A DNA stretch of 64,000 bases, from assembly GCF_006345805.1 (NCBI RefSeq), contig NC_043004.1, positions 15,190,001 through 15,254,000 on the forward strand. Reading direction: 5' to 3'. This document shows positions 25,023-39,781 of this stretch, in pieces. The position numbers were made by a program, and so were the translations under genes. Source of the DNA: Octopus sinensis (lineage: Eukaryota). Under the pieces are notes generated by a model, which worked only from the letters and a program-made list of their open reading frames with translations, ran no database searches and was not told the DNA's origin. The stretch's first letter is position 1. The number at the start of each line of letters is the position of its first letter.

Positions 25023-25768
25023 AACTAGAGAACTACAGAGAGAAAGAAAGAGATTGACAGATGGATAGAGAAACATAATAAACAGACTCTCTCTCTTTCT
25101 TTCTCTCTCTCTCTCTCAAACACATACACACTGCTCATACAAACAATTACATATACACATATTACTATTATAGAAGGTAAGATTCTCTCTTATATATTGT
25201 TTACCAGAATTTGAAAAAGTTACCTAATCTTACTGTGTTTCATATTTTGTTGAAATCTCTTCTACGTTTGAACGACGTATCAATTTTGCTGATCCCTTAC
25301 AGACATTTCTAAGATGAGCAATGCATGTGTCATGCCCTGACGCTTATTCGTATATTTCAAATGCTTTTTGGTAATCTTAATTTTTTTACATTTCTCCCAG
25401 CAATTGTAATTTTCCTTCTGATGTAAATTTTGAGCATCATACTGACTTGAAGTATACATCACGTGTTTCTTCACATGATACTGAATATGAGAAAATAGGA
25501 CAAGTAATATAAAGATGTGCTCCTCAATACCAATTCTTGTTCAATTAGGAACTATGTTTATCCATTTTGAAGATTTCTTTGAAATAATTTTGCGTATAAT
25601 ACCTAGCTTCTCACATTCGTCGTTCGACAAACATTAAGTAGTATTAAACAGACTTCATGTTCGAGTAAAGTAAATTCACCCTCCGAATTAAATAATATTA
25701 ATTCTTTTTAATTTACCTCGATTGAATACTGAAAATATCCCAATGCACGCACACGTGCACACACACGC

Positions 25769-25848
<80 letters not shown>

Positions 25849-25866
25849 GTGTTGTGTGTGTGTGTG

Positions 25867-25900
<34 letters not shown>

Positions 25901-26024
25901 TAGAAGGAATAAGGTACTCAGAAATCTGGATGATTTTGCACATACAGATTTTTATTAATACGTCACATGTTTTATAAATCAAATAATAGCGCTTGCATCC
26001 ACTCTTGTCGATTCTTCAGATTTC

Positions 26025-26076
<52 letters not shown>

Positions 26077-26439
26077 ATATGTATGGATGGATGGATAGAT
26101 GGATGGATGTATAGGATAGCCCCCAAAATTACTGAAGTGTTGAAATCTTTGTTAATTCTTCTATTTTCTTCTCACAGATTTTATGGACTAGGTCCTGCAA
26201 ACTAATTATAGGAAAATATGACACATCACAACGTATTCAAATGGTGAAATTGATCTGTCAAAATCAGAGAACAAATTACGCATCCGTGCTCGCACAGAGA
26301 CATGTATAAGTATGTGACTCCGCTTGCGTATGTGCGTTGATGTTTATGCACAAACATTATGACAATTCAAAATATGGAATGAACAACCTCTCTGATAATA
26401 GGTAACATGTTCCTTCTTCTTGCAACATCCCTCTCTTAC

Positions 26440-26631
26440 TCTCTTTTACTTGTTTCAGGCATTTGACTGCGACCATGCTGGAGCATCACCTTTAGTTGAG
26501 CAAATCGACCCCAGGACGTATTCTTTGTAATCCTAGTACTTGTTCTATCGGTATCTTTTATGGGGACGCAAACACACCAGCGTCGGTTGTCAAGCGATGT
26601 TGGGGACAAACGCACACAAACGTATATATAT

Positions 26632-26699
<68 letters not shown>

Positions 26700-26846
26700 G
26701 ACGGGCTTCTTTCAGTTTCCGCCTACCAAATCCACTCACAAGGCTTTGGTCTGCCCGAGGCTATAGTAGAAATCACTTGCCCAGGATGCCACAGAGTGGG
26801 ACTGATCACGGAACCATGTGGTTGGTAAGCAAGCTACTTACCACAC
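26440..26846 (-). mobile_element. SINE family B
   Basis: Full-length homology to 39555-39992, with an internal (TA)n(TG)n tract. Confidence 0.9.
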
Positions 26847-28556
26847 GTATTCAAGATATTTCGGCCTAGCCGACAAATTAAGTCTTCATCTGCAAAGCAA
26901 AGTGGCTTACTGTACATATGAAAAGAAACCTATATATTTTGGCACGAAAATTGTTAAAAAGCTCTAGCCATGAATTTAAACAACAACAATCAACGCTAAC
27001 AATATATAAAAGATTTTGAATATTTGAATGATATCTCGTTTAGACTGATTATATTCATGTCAAGCTGTTGTTTTCTAACTTCAAATGTGTCTACTTTTAA
27101 TGCCATACTTTAGTAAAATTTTGCACGAGAATAATTTTGTAATGTTACAATATATGTCATGCAGACCACTTCAAAATGCGTTAACTTGAAATATATTTCA
27201 AGCACCTTCTTAATGATATTCATGACATCTATTATCCAAAATTTGAAATATAAGAAATAGGCCACATTACTGTCGTTATCAGATGTGAGATTTAGAGTAG
27301 GAATATATAGTATTATAACAGTAAATCGTATATTTATAGAATGACATATCCTATACTAAATATAATAAATAACTCAATGAATATATTAAATAACCCAATG
27401 AATCTATACACCCTGTTTGCTAAACAAAAATGTGCTTGGGAATGTGCATATTAATGCATATTTATTACAAATAACATTTAGTTAATTTCTAGGAATTTAA
27501 TTCACTATTACTGGAAAAGTGTAAATGTTCTTTTAGAAATTTTAAAAAAATTAAATAAAACCAAAACAAATGCATATAGTATTTATTTTATATTTTTTCG
27601 TCTATTTGAAATTGATAAACTTGTATCGAGGACAACAGCTAAATTAAAAACAAAAATCTGTGAGTAACCTATATCAAGTACAGAATAACTAATTTTGTTA
27701 AATTTTCAAAATTATATATATATTATATATATATGTGTATGTGTGTGTGTCTATATCTTTATATATATATATATACAGATAGAGAGACAGACGGACAGAC
27801 ATGAGGGGGAGAGATAAAGATAGGTATATAGATAGATAGAGAAGTATACCTCACTGGAAACAGTTATTTTCTATGATTAAAAAATTAAAAATATATTTAG
27901 AATAGCTTATACTATTCAATGATATTTATGAAACATAAGCGTATGGTAAGAATAAATAAGACTTTGATCATGCTGAAATAATTGCTTCCATGATATCGTT
28001 CTGACAGTATTCGTAAATGTTTTTTATAAGAATATTTTATGTAAAATAATATCGACAATTGACAAATATATTTTTATCAAAGAAAACATATGCACCTAAG
28101 TATTAAGTTTAGATATCTTCCATTTAATGATGGATGAGTGAAATCAAGATATAACAACACAAGGCTATATAACTTCTAAATTTAAATATATGAATAATTA
28201 TAATTTTAATGGCAGTACAAAATTTGTATTTCAATTAATATTCAAATTTGAAATTTTTGACTGTAACACATACATAAAATACCTTTTTTTCCTGATATCT
28301 TCTGTGAAATCAATAACTTATAAATATTTCGACTGCAATTTCACATTAAGTGCATGTTTATGCATACTTAAGCAAATATTGGGTTTATTAAAATCATGTA
28401 AATGACTACATAAAGTCATATTAAATGTGTAGTGTCACTAGACATTTCTTCAGTTGGCTTACGTACCGCTCTATGTCCATGAAATTCGAGAATTTCATGG
28501 GCATATAGCCATACGTAAGCCGGCACAAGTAATCTCTAGTGAGACTTTACCTTGAT

Positions 28557-28606
28557 GTACCTAAAGAGGCCCAGAACGGGTCGAAACATGTGTTGTACCC
28601 AATAAA
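28557..28606 (+). ncRNA. Minimal type-I hammerhead ribozyme relic (one core substitution)
   Basis: GTAC / CTAAAGA / GGCCC-AGAAC-GGGTC / GAAAC-ATGT-GTT / GTAC, then AATAAA at 28601. Stems I and II pair. Confidence 0.65.
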
Positions 28607-28922
28607 TTCATTACACATTCCATCTCCTATTTTATTAATACTGTTAACCCAACCGCCACTTCGTAGTTCCTGCAGTAAATCTACGGATGACAACGGGGAA
28701 TCGAAACTATGCCGGTGCTTTACTTATCCTCCATTTACACATTTTGTAGAATTTTTCCATTATATATATGCGTGTGTGTCTGTGTGTCTTTTTCCCTTAT
28801 ATATTTATATATATGTGTGTGTGTGTGTGTTATAAACACATACATATGTGTACGTATACGTATAAATATTCTTTGGTATTTATGTATGGATGTAATTCCG
28901 TATGTATCTGCATAAGTATATA

Positions 28923-29023
<101 letters not shown>

Positions 29024-29060
29024 ATATATAATATATATATATATATTATTTATTTATTTA

Positions 29061-29108
<48 letters not shown>

Positions 29109-29661
29109 CTTCATTAATCAATAACACTTTCGAAATATTGAATACAAAACGATCATGTTTTGCGTAAATCTGTACTCATTGATAAAACAATTTAAAATTG
29201 AAATAATCAATAAATGTCACAACATAAACAGAAAAGAGACTGTTTGGAATTTAACAACATTTACGGGGTTTTATAATTTGGTTTTCTCGTTTTTGTGAGA
29301 TTCTTTCGATTTGAGGAAAACTTATGTAAATTCCGTCTGTGAAAAATAACGTCTAGAATATAGATTTTGCCACTTTAAATATATTTACACGTAAACTCAA
29401 TGGCAAATAATTCAAGCATAGACAGAGAAAAAGGCGTCTATAAATCTAAAACTGTTTTCATAGAAATTTATTTGTTATATTCTATAAAAGTCATTGTACT
29501 GTAAACATTCTGAGGTACCGAATGCACCACTAAGATCGATAGATGTGGTAGGGGTCATTATAGATTTACTACGTCTGATACTTATACAAGACAAGACTAC
29601 CATAAAGCTCACATACAATCTTATAAAAGGAAGAGAAGTTTGAAAAATGTAGCCTCCTCTA

Positions 29662-29711
29662 TGAACTAGGAATCTTGGGGTTAGAAGCCAGCGCTCTTAA
29701 CCACTACGTCC
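29662..29711 (-). mobile_element. Isolated tRNA-derived SINE head
   Basis: Minus strand GGACGTAGTGGTTAAGAGCGCTGGCTTCTAACCCCAAGATTCCTAGTTC, abutting a family B fragment head-to-head. Confidence 0.5.
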
Positions 29712-29715
29712 TGTA

Positions 29716-30003
29716 CCGGACCAAAGCCTTATGAGTAGATTTGGTAGACGGAAATTGAAAGAAGCCTGTCGTATGTATGTGCATGTGTGTGCGTGTGTGT
29801 TTGTATGTGTGTGTATGTGTGTGAGTGTGTGCGTCTGTATTTGTGTGTCTGTATTTAACCCAACACCATCGCTTGACACCGAAGTTTGTGTGTTTACGTC
29901 ACTGTAACTTAGCGGTTCGGAAAAAGACACTGATACAAGACGTATTAGGCTTAGAAAGAAAAATGTTGGCATCAAGTTGTTCGACAAAAGGCGGTGCTCT
30001 AGA
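29716..30003 (+). mobile_element. SINE family B, truncated at both ends
   Basis: GACCAAAGCCTTATGAGTAGATTTGGTAGACGGAAA...GGCGGTGCTCTAG. Confidence 0.8.
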
Positions 30004-30313
30004 TTGAAACTAGTAAAAAAAATATACGCATAAGAGAATGAATGTCAAATAAATAAACTGCTTCTTGGGTCTTAGGAACCTCAGAAAATAGGACCGTCTA
30101 AAATGATTTTTTTTTTTTATTTCTGCTGTACATATTTCAATACTCTCTAATTCTCCTCCATTATTAGTAGGCGTTATTCATATAAATATGTTATTATTAA
30201 TATAAATTGAATCAGGTACAATATGAATCTATTTTCAGTTCGATCATCTGATTAGCGTATTGATACATGATAGTAAAGATACCAATATATAAATATATGG
30301 ATAATTATTCGTG

Positions 30314-30560
30314 AAGGCGCATGGCTCAGTGGGTAGAGCGTCGAGCCTTCGAGCGTGAGGTTGTAAGTTCGAATCCCGGACCGGGCTGCGTGTTGTGTTC
30401 ATGAGCAAGACACTTTATTTCACGTTGCTTCAGTTAACTCAGCTGTAGAAATGATTTGCGACATCACTGGTGCCAAGCTGTAACGGCCTTTTCCATGGAT
30501 GACACTGGTGGTATGGAGAGAGGAGGCTGGTATGCATGGGCGACTGCTGACATTCCATAA
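30314..30560 (+). mobile_element. SINE family C (tRNA-derived head + CORE-like domain)
   Basis: A-box TGGCTCAGTGG (30322) and B-box GTTCGAATCC (30367), then TGAGCAAGACACTTTA...CAGCTGTAGAAATGA. No tRNA acceptor-stem closure. Confidence 0.75.
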
Positions 30561-32566
30561 ACAATGTTGACCGTTGATACATAAATAGATAGTGCACTAT
30601 CATAATTGTTCATGGTGATCATCATAACATGTAATCGTATAACTTGGACCCACAATTCATATTTGTTGCGGCCCTCGTTCCGATACGGACGAAGAAGAAT
30701 ATTTGTTATGAAATTCCAATGGATATTTAACCACATGAAAATGTTTAATTATATGGGCTGCCGCAACCATGAAAAACTGATTTGAAAATATTTACACTGG
30801 TGAGTGCTTTCAGGAATATTATAGATGCATTAGTTTTGTCAATATCGAAAAGTAAAAGAAAGGAGAAAACACTAAATATTTGGGATTCCTTCTATTCCTC
30901 TATTCAGAAAGATTAGAAAGACAAAACCCAGGTAAACTATTCATGTATTGTCAGCAAAATTGAAAAATGTCGACCGTTATATTTAACTATATTTGTAACA
31001 ATATAAAATGCTAACTCAATATGCAATATGTACTCAACGGTTCTTCTCTTTACATATCGATAGTCATGGGGCATTAAACTATTTTTGTTTTTAAAATACC
31101 ATAGGTAATATACTAGCTTTTTAACAGATAATATAAATCGCTCTCTTTTTTGACATAGATAGTATTTTATGTATTGGACCCTGAGATAGTAATTCTCTTA
31201 TCAAAACAAATGTAAAGGGTACATTTGATATCATCTTGTTAGGAAGAATTCTCTTATGACATGAAAAGTCTTCGTATTTGTTTTTCATCGTTCCCTTATC
31301 ACTGCAATAAATGAAGCTAACTCAATTATAGCTATCATGGTTTAGAGTTTTCCTTTACTTGAAGTCCAGCAAAAATTTTTTCATAAGAATATGTATTCAT
31401 AACAAGACATTACGGTATGTCTCCTTGGAGATGTATATATACAAGTAATTTTGTATTTTGTGTCATTAAGAAAGCTATATAGAAAATAGAATGTTAATAT
31501 CGTAGGATATAACCAACAGTTAGTTGTACACGATAATAATTGTGAATACCATCATGCTCATTACACAAGTAATTACACACAGGTCAACGAGCAGAAACAC
31601 TTTACAATAGTTATTAACAATATTAAAGAAGAGAATATTGCAAGGTAATAGTAGCAATGACAGTGCTAAGTTACTTTTGCGTAATGAGGAGAAAAGTTAT
31701 GGATTAAAATTACCCCTATAAGACAACATTTATACTAATCTAGACAAGTAACGCAAAAGAAAAAAGAAGCGGGTGTTTTCATGAAACTTAATTAAATATA
31801 TGTTGTAATGGATGATAATTATGACATTTTGCACTGTTGACATGTATTTCGTTGCTGATAGACCTAGTCCTCGAAGAAGAGACTGGCCCTGCTGTCAGAT
31901 CGTCGAATGGCCACAGAGAATATGAGGATGTTATGGATATTGGCCTAATGATTTAAGTGAATGTATGAAAAGAGCCTGCTACATGAAATATATGCAATAA
32001 ATTAGGCGTTAACATGTTTAATTTGATGATGCATGAAACTCATAATCGCCTCAATTAATACTGTTCGAAATTTTATATTTCTTCAACAGATTCAGTGCTT
32101 ATGATATGGTATTTTGAATTAATACCTATTACCTCACAAATGCATTCTTTCTAACCAAACATTTTACTGTATGCTTTGTTCGTTATCAAGCAGGTGACTT
32201 TCACTCACCTCACTGCCATCTTTTGTAGCAACTCATATCTTGCTGCATCAGATAACGAGTCGACCCAACAAAAATTCTGAGAATTATATTATCTTTCCAG
32301 TGTGGCTGCATACATATATTCCAGCATTTTAGCAGTGATAATCGCTAATTCACACAGATAACTCGTATATGTAAATTTAATATTCATAGATATAATTATG
32401 TCTTAGCAAAGTGAATTTGTGGTTCATGCGGTTATTGAATAGTTAGCTTCTTTAATATAAACTTGGTTCAAGACTTTATCCTTTAATATTCTCACGTGTT
32501 TTTAGAACTCGTGACTAATTTAATATTAGTGCAAAGAAGTATTGAAATTATGTTAGTATAGGAGTA

Positions 32567-32643
<77 letters not shown>

Positions 32644-32775
32644 GCGTGCGTGTGTGTGTATATATATGTCTATATGTATATGTATATATAAATGTATGTA
32701 TAAATATATATATATCTATATATACATACATTTATATATGTGTTTGTTGGGTGTGTGTATTGGTGTACGGGTGTG

Positions 32776-32807
<32 letters not shown>

Positions 32808-33354
32808 TGTATGTATGTATGTATGTATGTATGTATGTATGTATGTGTGCATGTCAGTGTATGTATATATTGTTATGTGTTTGCTGATAGGATATGAACT
32901 AGAATGTTGTGGGAATAATTTTGAACTGAAAAAAAGCCTCTAAAATATCCTGCTTTCATATCTACTGACCCAAAGAATTCATTGCATGTATAAATATATT
33001 AGGCATGCCTCAATGATACAAGAGGAGCTAGCTGAAAATATTTGACTTTATGAAAGCTGAAACTTTATAATATTTCTACTTAATCTGAAAGGCAGCCAAC
33101 TAAAAGCTAATAAAAATATAATGAACCGACAAAAGATATCGATCACAAAAATATATGAAGTGGCTATAGACCAGTGAGTCTTTGGATGTCCGAATTTAAA
33201 CAAAAGAAGTTAACGGTATGTGATATAAATCTATATTTGTTTTATATATACATATACATACATACAGGCACACACGCATATATATATATATATATATATG
33301 TATGCGGGTGTGCGTGTAGTGGGAGGCTTAGTTTGATACGTAGGTACATACATA

Positions 33355-33394
<40 letters not shown>

Positions 33395-33431
33395 TGTAAA
33401 TATATATATTATAAATATGTATAAATACACA

Positions 33432-33497
<66 letters not shown>

Positions 33498-35049
33498 AAC
33501 AAGATATGTGTGCGTGCGTATATATGCATGTTTGCATGTATGTCTGTCTCCTTGTATTTATGTATGTGCGCATGTATGTATTTGTATGTTTCGCGAAATT
33601 GCTGAACGTAAAGCAAAATCAAACAACTTTTATATTTGCGACAAAGGAAGTCACTACTAGAATAATGCTATTTTATTCTAATACAAATCCTTATCTGAAA
33701 TATTTGAAGTAGAATGAACACATTAATTCTATAGTTATTGCCATAACAGCTAACTAAATCAACAGCCTATAGGAGAGATCAAACTATTCCATATCACGAA
33801 AAAAATATGAAAGGCAAAAGAATAACTGTCGTCTGATTGTAAAAATGATCTAAGAGTTGAGATTATAAAAAAAAATGCAGACGGAACGCTTAAGTAATTT
33901 CATAATCACAAGGAAGAGAATGGGTGGAAAGAAATGTCCTTTTGATAAAACGTATTCATTTATAAAATAATAGTTTCAGTGTTGCGTACACAGCCTTTAT
34001 ATCATATGAGACATATGCATTAGATTAGTCTTCTCTTCCTATCCTTCTGGAAAGTTATAAACTACTATTCATTCTGTCAGTTCCAAATCGCAGAATAGAA
34101 TGTCAAAAGTCTTCTTTATAATTAATTTCTTCGTAGAAAGACAGTATGATCTATATATTGTGGATTGGTGAGAGTGTTGCAAAGACTTTACCATATTATA
34201 CGACAATATATGAAGTGATATTTTTATACAAGCAAGCGTAGGTCGGAAAAATATTGTGTATAACTAATAACAAACGTAGGACAGTATATTTTGTGCTGAG
34301 ACACATAGACACTATTTGTTTTGTGAAGATATGCAATTGCATGCTTTGACATCCACAACGTGCCCTACATGACACGGTAGATTAAAAATTTACATAGCGC
34401 TTAAGAGGAAAATTATTTTAGGGAGTTTTGTCGTATACGTTCTTTTTAAGGGTAATAACTACATATGTGGGTATGTATCTATCAATCGGGATAGCAAACT
34501 GTGTTGTAATTTTGACGCACTGAAATTTTTTTCTCCGCAGAAAGAAGTACTCTAAGCCTGAAATATAATGCATTGGGTCTTCAGAAAACTTAACGTTTTG
34601 TATTTAGGAAGAGTAATATATAAATAATTTTTTTCCTATGTAGGAACAGCTCTTATTCTCAATCACGCTTCATATCAATTATCCACACTCATATCAATTA
34701 TATATTAACATCAATTATATATTCGACTATATAAAAAAACAACTATATATTTATAGAGCTTAATTTTTTTTTAATTATTCAGAAAGCAGACCGTCAGTTT
34801 GATCCTAGCAGCCAGATTAATGAAATCAATGGACGAAGTTTATTGCAATATTTTGTTGTTTGATGTGTGTAAGGAAAACTAAACGTAGCTGCTTTGATAA
34901 TGCACGCTGGGTAACCATGATTGCAGCCGATACGCAACTAGCTAGATCAGAAAGGCAACGCATGGTCTATTTACAAAGACAAGCTAAGAAATATCGAGTC
35001 TGTGTTTATTTGAAAGAAATTGTTTATTAGCCACACGGAATTTTTAAAA

Positions 35050-35062
35050 GCTGCCTAGCAAC
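35050..35062 (+). promoter_or_regulatory. Possible RFX X-box motif
   Basis: GCTGCCTAGCAAC, one mismatch from GTTGCCTAGCAAC, in non-repetitive sequence. Motif match only. Confidence 0.25.
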
Positions 35063-35497
35063 GGTGACATAACAATATAAGTGGCGATAGTATAAGTTCG
35101 GTTATAACTCAACTTTATGCATGGTCTTTTTTTCTCTCTCCCCCAGACGGATGACTGGACAACTTTTTATAACAGCTTCGAAATTAGGAATTAGAACACG
35201 ACAGAAAATTACATGCTGCATTCATATATTAGAAGCTTCTATCTCAGAAGAATATCATCACATATCGCTCGATTTCATAGCAGCTTGTATTTTCTTATAT
35301 TGTGCTGTATTTTCTTGATACTATTAACATCAATTCTTAATACATTATTCAGGAACACTTAAGTTATATGAATATTAAGGTGTTAATGTATAGGACAGCT
35401 TGCTACGTTCACACATTAAACAACTGATACTCAAGAAAATGTCAACTCGTTACATTTGACAAAAAAATTGAAATATTAATATATATTCGTGTATTAA

Positions 35498-35715
35498 TGT
35501 GGCAAATTGGGAGAATTGTCAACGTGCCGAGCAAAATGCTTAGCGGCATCTCATCTGTCTTCATATTCTGAGTTCAATTTCCGCCGAGGTCAACTTTGCC
35601 TTTTGGCCTTTTGGGATCGATAAAATAAGTGCCATTTTAACTCGAGGATCGATGTAATAGATTCTCCCTCCTCGAAGTTACTGGCTTTGTGGCAAAATTT
35701 GAAGTCAGTATATAT
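35498..35715 (+). mobile_element. SINE family A, diverged
   Basis: AAAATGCTTAGCGGCATC...GAGTTCAATTTCCGCCGAGGTCAACTTTGCC. Confidence 0.8.
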
Positions 35716-36422
35716 TCGTTTATTCACACGATTATTATCATGTCATGCGAAAGTATTTTGGCCGAGAATAACGTGCAATAAAAAGAAACAAAATATCTTT
35801 GACTACTGGATTATCTACATAAGTCGCTTGACCCATCACAGCATCTTTAGGGCGCACTGTCAAGACAGCTGGCAGCCTTGTGAAATATTTTCGAACACGT
35901 TGCATTTTCAGTTCAAATCCCGTGAAAATTGACATTTGTTTCTTTGTGAGATCGATGAAATAATATACAAGTTAGCTGTTATCGACTTTGTAATTATCTA
36001 TCCGCAGCAAACTTATGCATACATACTCTATAAAGTCACGCAATACATGCGTACGCACAGGAGAATGTACACACTTTATCTCGCAAAAATCATGTCCTGC
36101 ACCGAAAAAGATAAAACTAAATGAAAAGCGATTACGAATGTAATATTATCATTCAATGTAAGTTTTATGAAAATGTGTAACAATAAGTTGTTTTTTCGTA
36201 TAGTTGCTTAAGCTAGAAGTAGTCGCTACATACTAAGTAGAATGTATTCGTAGCTAGGCAGGTAATAGCTATAGTTATATAACTCACGATTACATACGCG
36301 ATCACAGAGAAACACGTACACATATGCATACTACCATACAGAAATATATGCCATCATAAAGAAACATACAATAAGGAATGTATGCAAGTTAACGTCCGTA
36401 GCATTAACTATATTTATGTATT

Positions 36423-36483
<61 letters not shown>

Positions 36484-36669
36484 GTATACTTACACATACA
36501 CACACACACACATATATATATATATGTATATGTATTTATGTATGTGTATATATATATATATATATATTTACCTATAAATATATATGCGTATATATATATA
36601 TATATATCTGTATGAATATACATACGTACAAACACATATATGTATATATATATATATTTATATATGTAC

Positions 36670-37054
36670 ACTAGCAGTATCGCCCGGAGTTGCTCGGGTT
36701 TGGAAGGGAAATAACTATACAGCATTTTTAGAGAGTTATAGCCAAAAAATAGCAAACAAATGGAAAAAAATTATGGTAAATATTTTTTAAGAGTTAAAAA
36801 GGTCGAGTTGCGTCCCTTAGACAGTCTGTGGTTTGTGTTTCTGATTCTCGACCCCATGTCAAATTTATCGATTTTTTTCAGAACTGGGGGAACTTTTCAA
36901 AATTTTCGCTGCGTTAGATTTGAATTATGACATTGGGCTATGTGTGTGTCAAATTTCATCAGAATCGGTTGAAAGCCGTGGTCAGGGTGAGGGTACAACC
37001 TAACAGACACACAGACACGCAGACAGACAAACTGCCGTTTATATATAGAGAGAT
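36670..37054 (+). mobile_element. Non-autonomous Helentron/Lep1-like (DINE-1/HINE-type) rolling-circle element
   Basis: Starts ACTAGC...CCCG-GAGTTGCT-CGGG hairpin, contains AAATTTCATCAGAATCGGTTGA and an (ACAG)-type microsatellite, and ends TTTATATATAGAGAGAT. This is the recalled architecture of the class. Confidence 0.65.
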
Positions 37055-37154
37055 ACATATGTGTGTGTATGTATTGTGAACATAAGCTGAGAGCTTGTGC
37101 AACATTCCACATCTTCCTGGCAGACATTAAAATTTTCCCTTGTCATTCATTAAT

Positions 37155-37345
37155 TTATATGTGTTTCAAATTTTGACTCAATGTCAGAAATTTCGGAAGA
37201 GGGGCGAAGTCAACTACATTAAACCCATAGTTCAACTTTGACATATTCCATTGACCAGGCAAGGATGAAATGCAAAGACGACCTCGACGGAATTTGAACT
37301 CTGAACGTAAAAACCAGAAGAACCGTTTCAGCCATTCTGTTGCCC
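37155..37345 (-). mobile_element. SINE family A, diverged
   Basis: GCAAAGACGACCTCGACGGAATTTGAACTCTGAACGTAAA. Confidence 0.7.
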
Positions 37346-37595
37346 TCATTCGTTAATTAATTTTACGCGCTGAATATGCCAGCGCTTTGCTTCAAAACAT
37401 TGATGACTTCTATCAACTCTTTATTTGTATCGCTGTGTCTATTCGAAATCCCCATCCATACATACAACAAATATGCAAACACATACATACATACATACAC
37501 AATACATACATACATACATACACACATACACGCATACATACACACATACACACATACATGCATACATACATACATTTTTCATTCGCCCTTTTTAA

Positions 37596-37881
37596 TCCTA
37601 GCTAGGCTCATGGACCCGGTTTCCTGGTTTCTGTGGCGTATGTGTCTCCCCCCCACCGCTGGACGCGACGCCAGTCCATCACAGCGTTACCCAAGAAACA
37701 GGAAGAGAGAGTGAGAGAAAGTTGGGGCGAAAGAGAACAACAGGGGTTGCTACGCCCCCTGTCGGAGCATCGTGGAGCATTTAGCTGTTTTCGCTCAATA
37801 AACACACACAACACCTGGGAATCGAAACCGCGATCCTCCGACCGCAAATCCGCTGCCCTAACCACTGGACCATTGCGCCTC
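37596..37881 (-). mobile_element. SINE family D (tRNA-derived head, V-domain-like 3' part)
   Basis: Minus strand GGCGCAATGGTCCAGTGGTTAGGGCAGCGG...GGTTTCGATTCCCAGG, later GGGTAACGCTGTGATGGACTGGCGTCGCGTCCAGCGG. Confidence 0.75.
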
Positions 37882-38069
37882 AACATATTCATATATACAA
37901 GCATACATACACACATGCATACATACACACATACATACATGCATACATACATACATACACACACATACATACATACATACATATATACATACATACATAC
38001 ATACATACATACATACATACATACACAAATACATACATACATTCATACATACATATATAGAGAACCACG

Positions 38070-38428
38070 GTGTGTTGTAAGAAACCTGTTTCACTACCAC
38101 AAGCTTTCTAGTTAAGTGCCACTCCGTGACAGCATGGGCAAGTGTCTCCTACTACAGCCTCGTGGCGACCGAAGTTTCGTGTGTGAATTTGGTGAACGGA
38201 AACTGCAAAACGGCCGTGTGTCTGTTTGACTGTGTTTATCTCCCACTACAGATAGACAACCGGTGTTTCTGTGTTTACGCCTCTATAACTTAGCGCTTCT
38301 GCAAAAGTGATCGATAAATTAAGAACAAAGCAGAAAAAAGAAAATCCCGGCGTCAATTTGTTCGATCAAAACCTTTCAACGCGGTGCCTCACCATAGCTG
38401 CAGTCAAATCATTAAAGCAAGTAAGAAT
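38070..38428 (+). mobile_element. SINE family B, diverged
   Basis: GGGCAAGTGTCTCCTACTACAGCCTCG...CATAGCTGCAGTCAAATCATTAAAGCAAGTAAG, followed by (GATA)n. Confidence 0.75.
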
Positions 38429-38590
38429 CTGGGAGATAAAAGATAAATATATGTAGAAAGATGGATAGGTAGATAGATAGACAGACAGACATATAGATAG
38501 ATAGAAAGATGGACATATATATAGATAGATAAATAGAAAGGTAGACAGACCTAAATATAGATAGATAGTTAGAGAGACAGTCAGACAGAC

Positions 38591-38655
<65 letters not shown>

Positions 38656-39108
38656 CATACATACATACATACATACATACATACATACATACATACATAC
38701 ATAGACAGACAAATACAGCGAAGAGTATTTACACTACACAATGAAACTAACCTTGAACTAAAATTGTCCGAATTCGGTAAATATCAGTTGCGGGAGTTAA
38801 TCTAAATGTATTAGTTGCATTTGAGAGAAAAGGTCATTTTCCCAGAGTATACGGATTGCCTGCTAAGTAATTGCTCATCAATTTTTTATAACCAGTTTTA
38901 GTGTTGAATGCATTCTCTCATTTTCCTTCTTAGCATTATTATTTGTACGATGAATGCTGTTACTCTTAGTATTCCTACACAATCCCTGCTGGCGTTTCGT
39001 GATACATCCCCACCAAGCTGTTTCCTGTTGCGGAAGGAACGCATCCTTTTGCATTCACATGCGCTAGCACACTCGCATGTATAATAGCATGCGTAAACAC
39101 AATCACTT

Positions 39109-39171
<63 letters not shown>

Positions 39172-39554
39172 ACACACACACACACACACAGACACCCAGA
39201 TATGCCGAACTACGTTTATGACAGTGTGGATGTATGCATCTGCGCGTGCGCGTATATCTCTGTGTGCGTAACTGCGTATGTGTGAATACTATGCGCAATT
39301 TTTGTGTGTGAAACACGTAATGAATAGTGTGCGTTTATCTATGAAGAATGATATGGGTGTATATACATTATACTCCAGCATCCTGTCCACAGTAAAAAAA
39401 ATTCCTTTATGAAATCAACCGTGTCGGTTTCCCCTCTTGCGTTCTTATTCTCTGTATGTTTGCATGTACCTCTCAACCACATGTATATATATATATTCAT
39501 TCATACATGCATATATACACACATATAAATATTTTTATATAAATAAATAATTAA

Positions 39555-39711
39555 AGAGTGGCTGTGTGGTAAGTGTCTTGCTTACAAACCACATGGTTCC
39601 GGGTTCAGTCCTACTGCGTAGATCCTTGGGCAAGTACCTTCTACTATAGCCTCGAACCGACCAAAGCTTTGTGAGTGGATTTCGTAGACGGAAACTGAAA
39701 GACGCACGTCG

Positions 39712-39749
<38 letters not shown>

Positions 39750-39750
39750 G

Positions 39751-39781
<31 letters not shown>

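Noticed and set aside
28681-28720. CGGATGA...GAAAC second motif near the 28.56-kb ribozyme
   Set aside because: No stem II pairing and no NUH site.
30316-30390. tRNA-like sequence with A and B boxes
   Set aside because: No acceptor-stem pairing and it continues into a SINE body; treated as a SINE head, as is 37810-37881.
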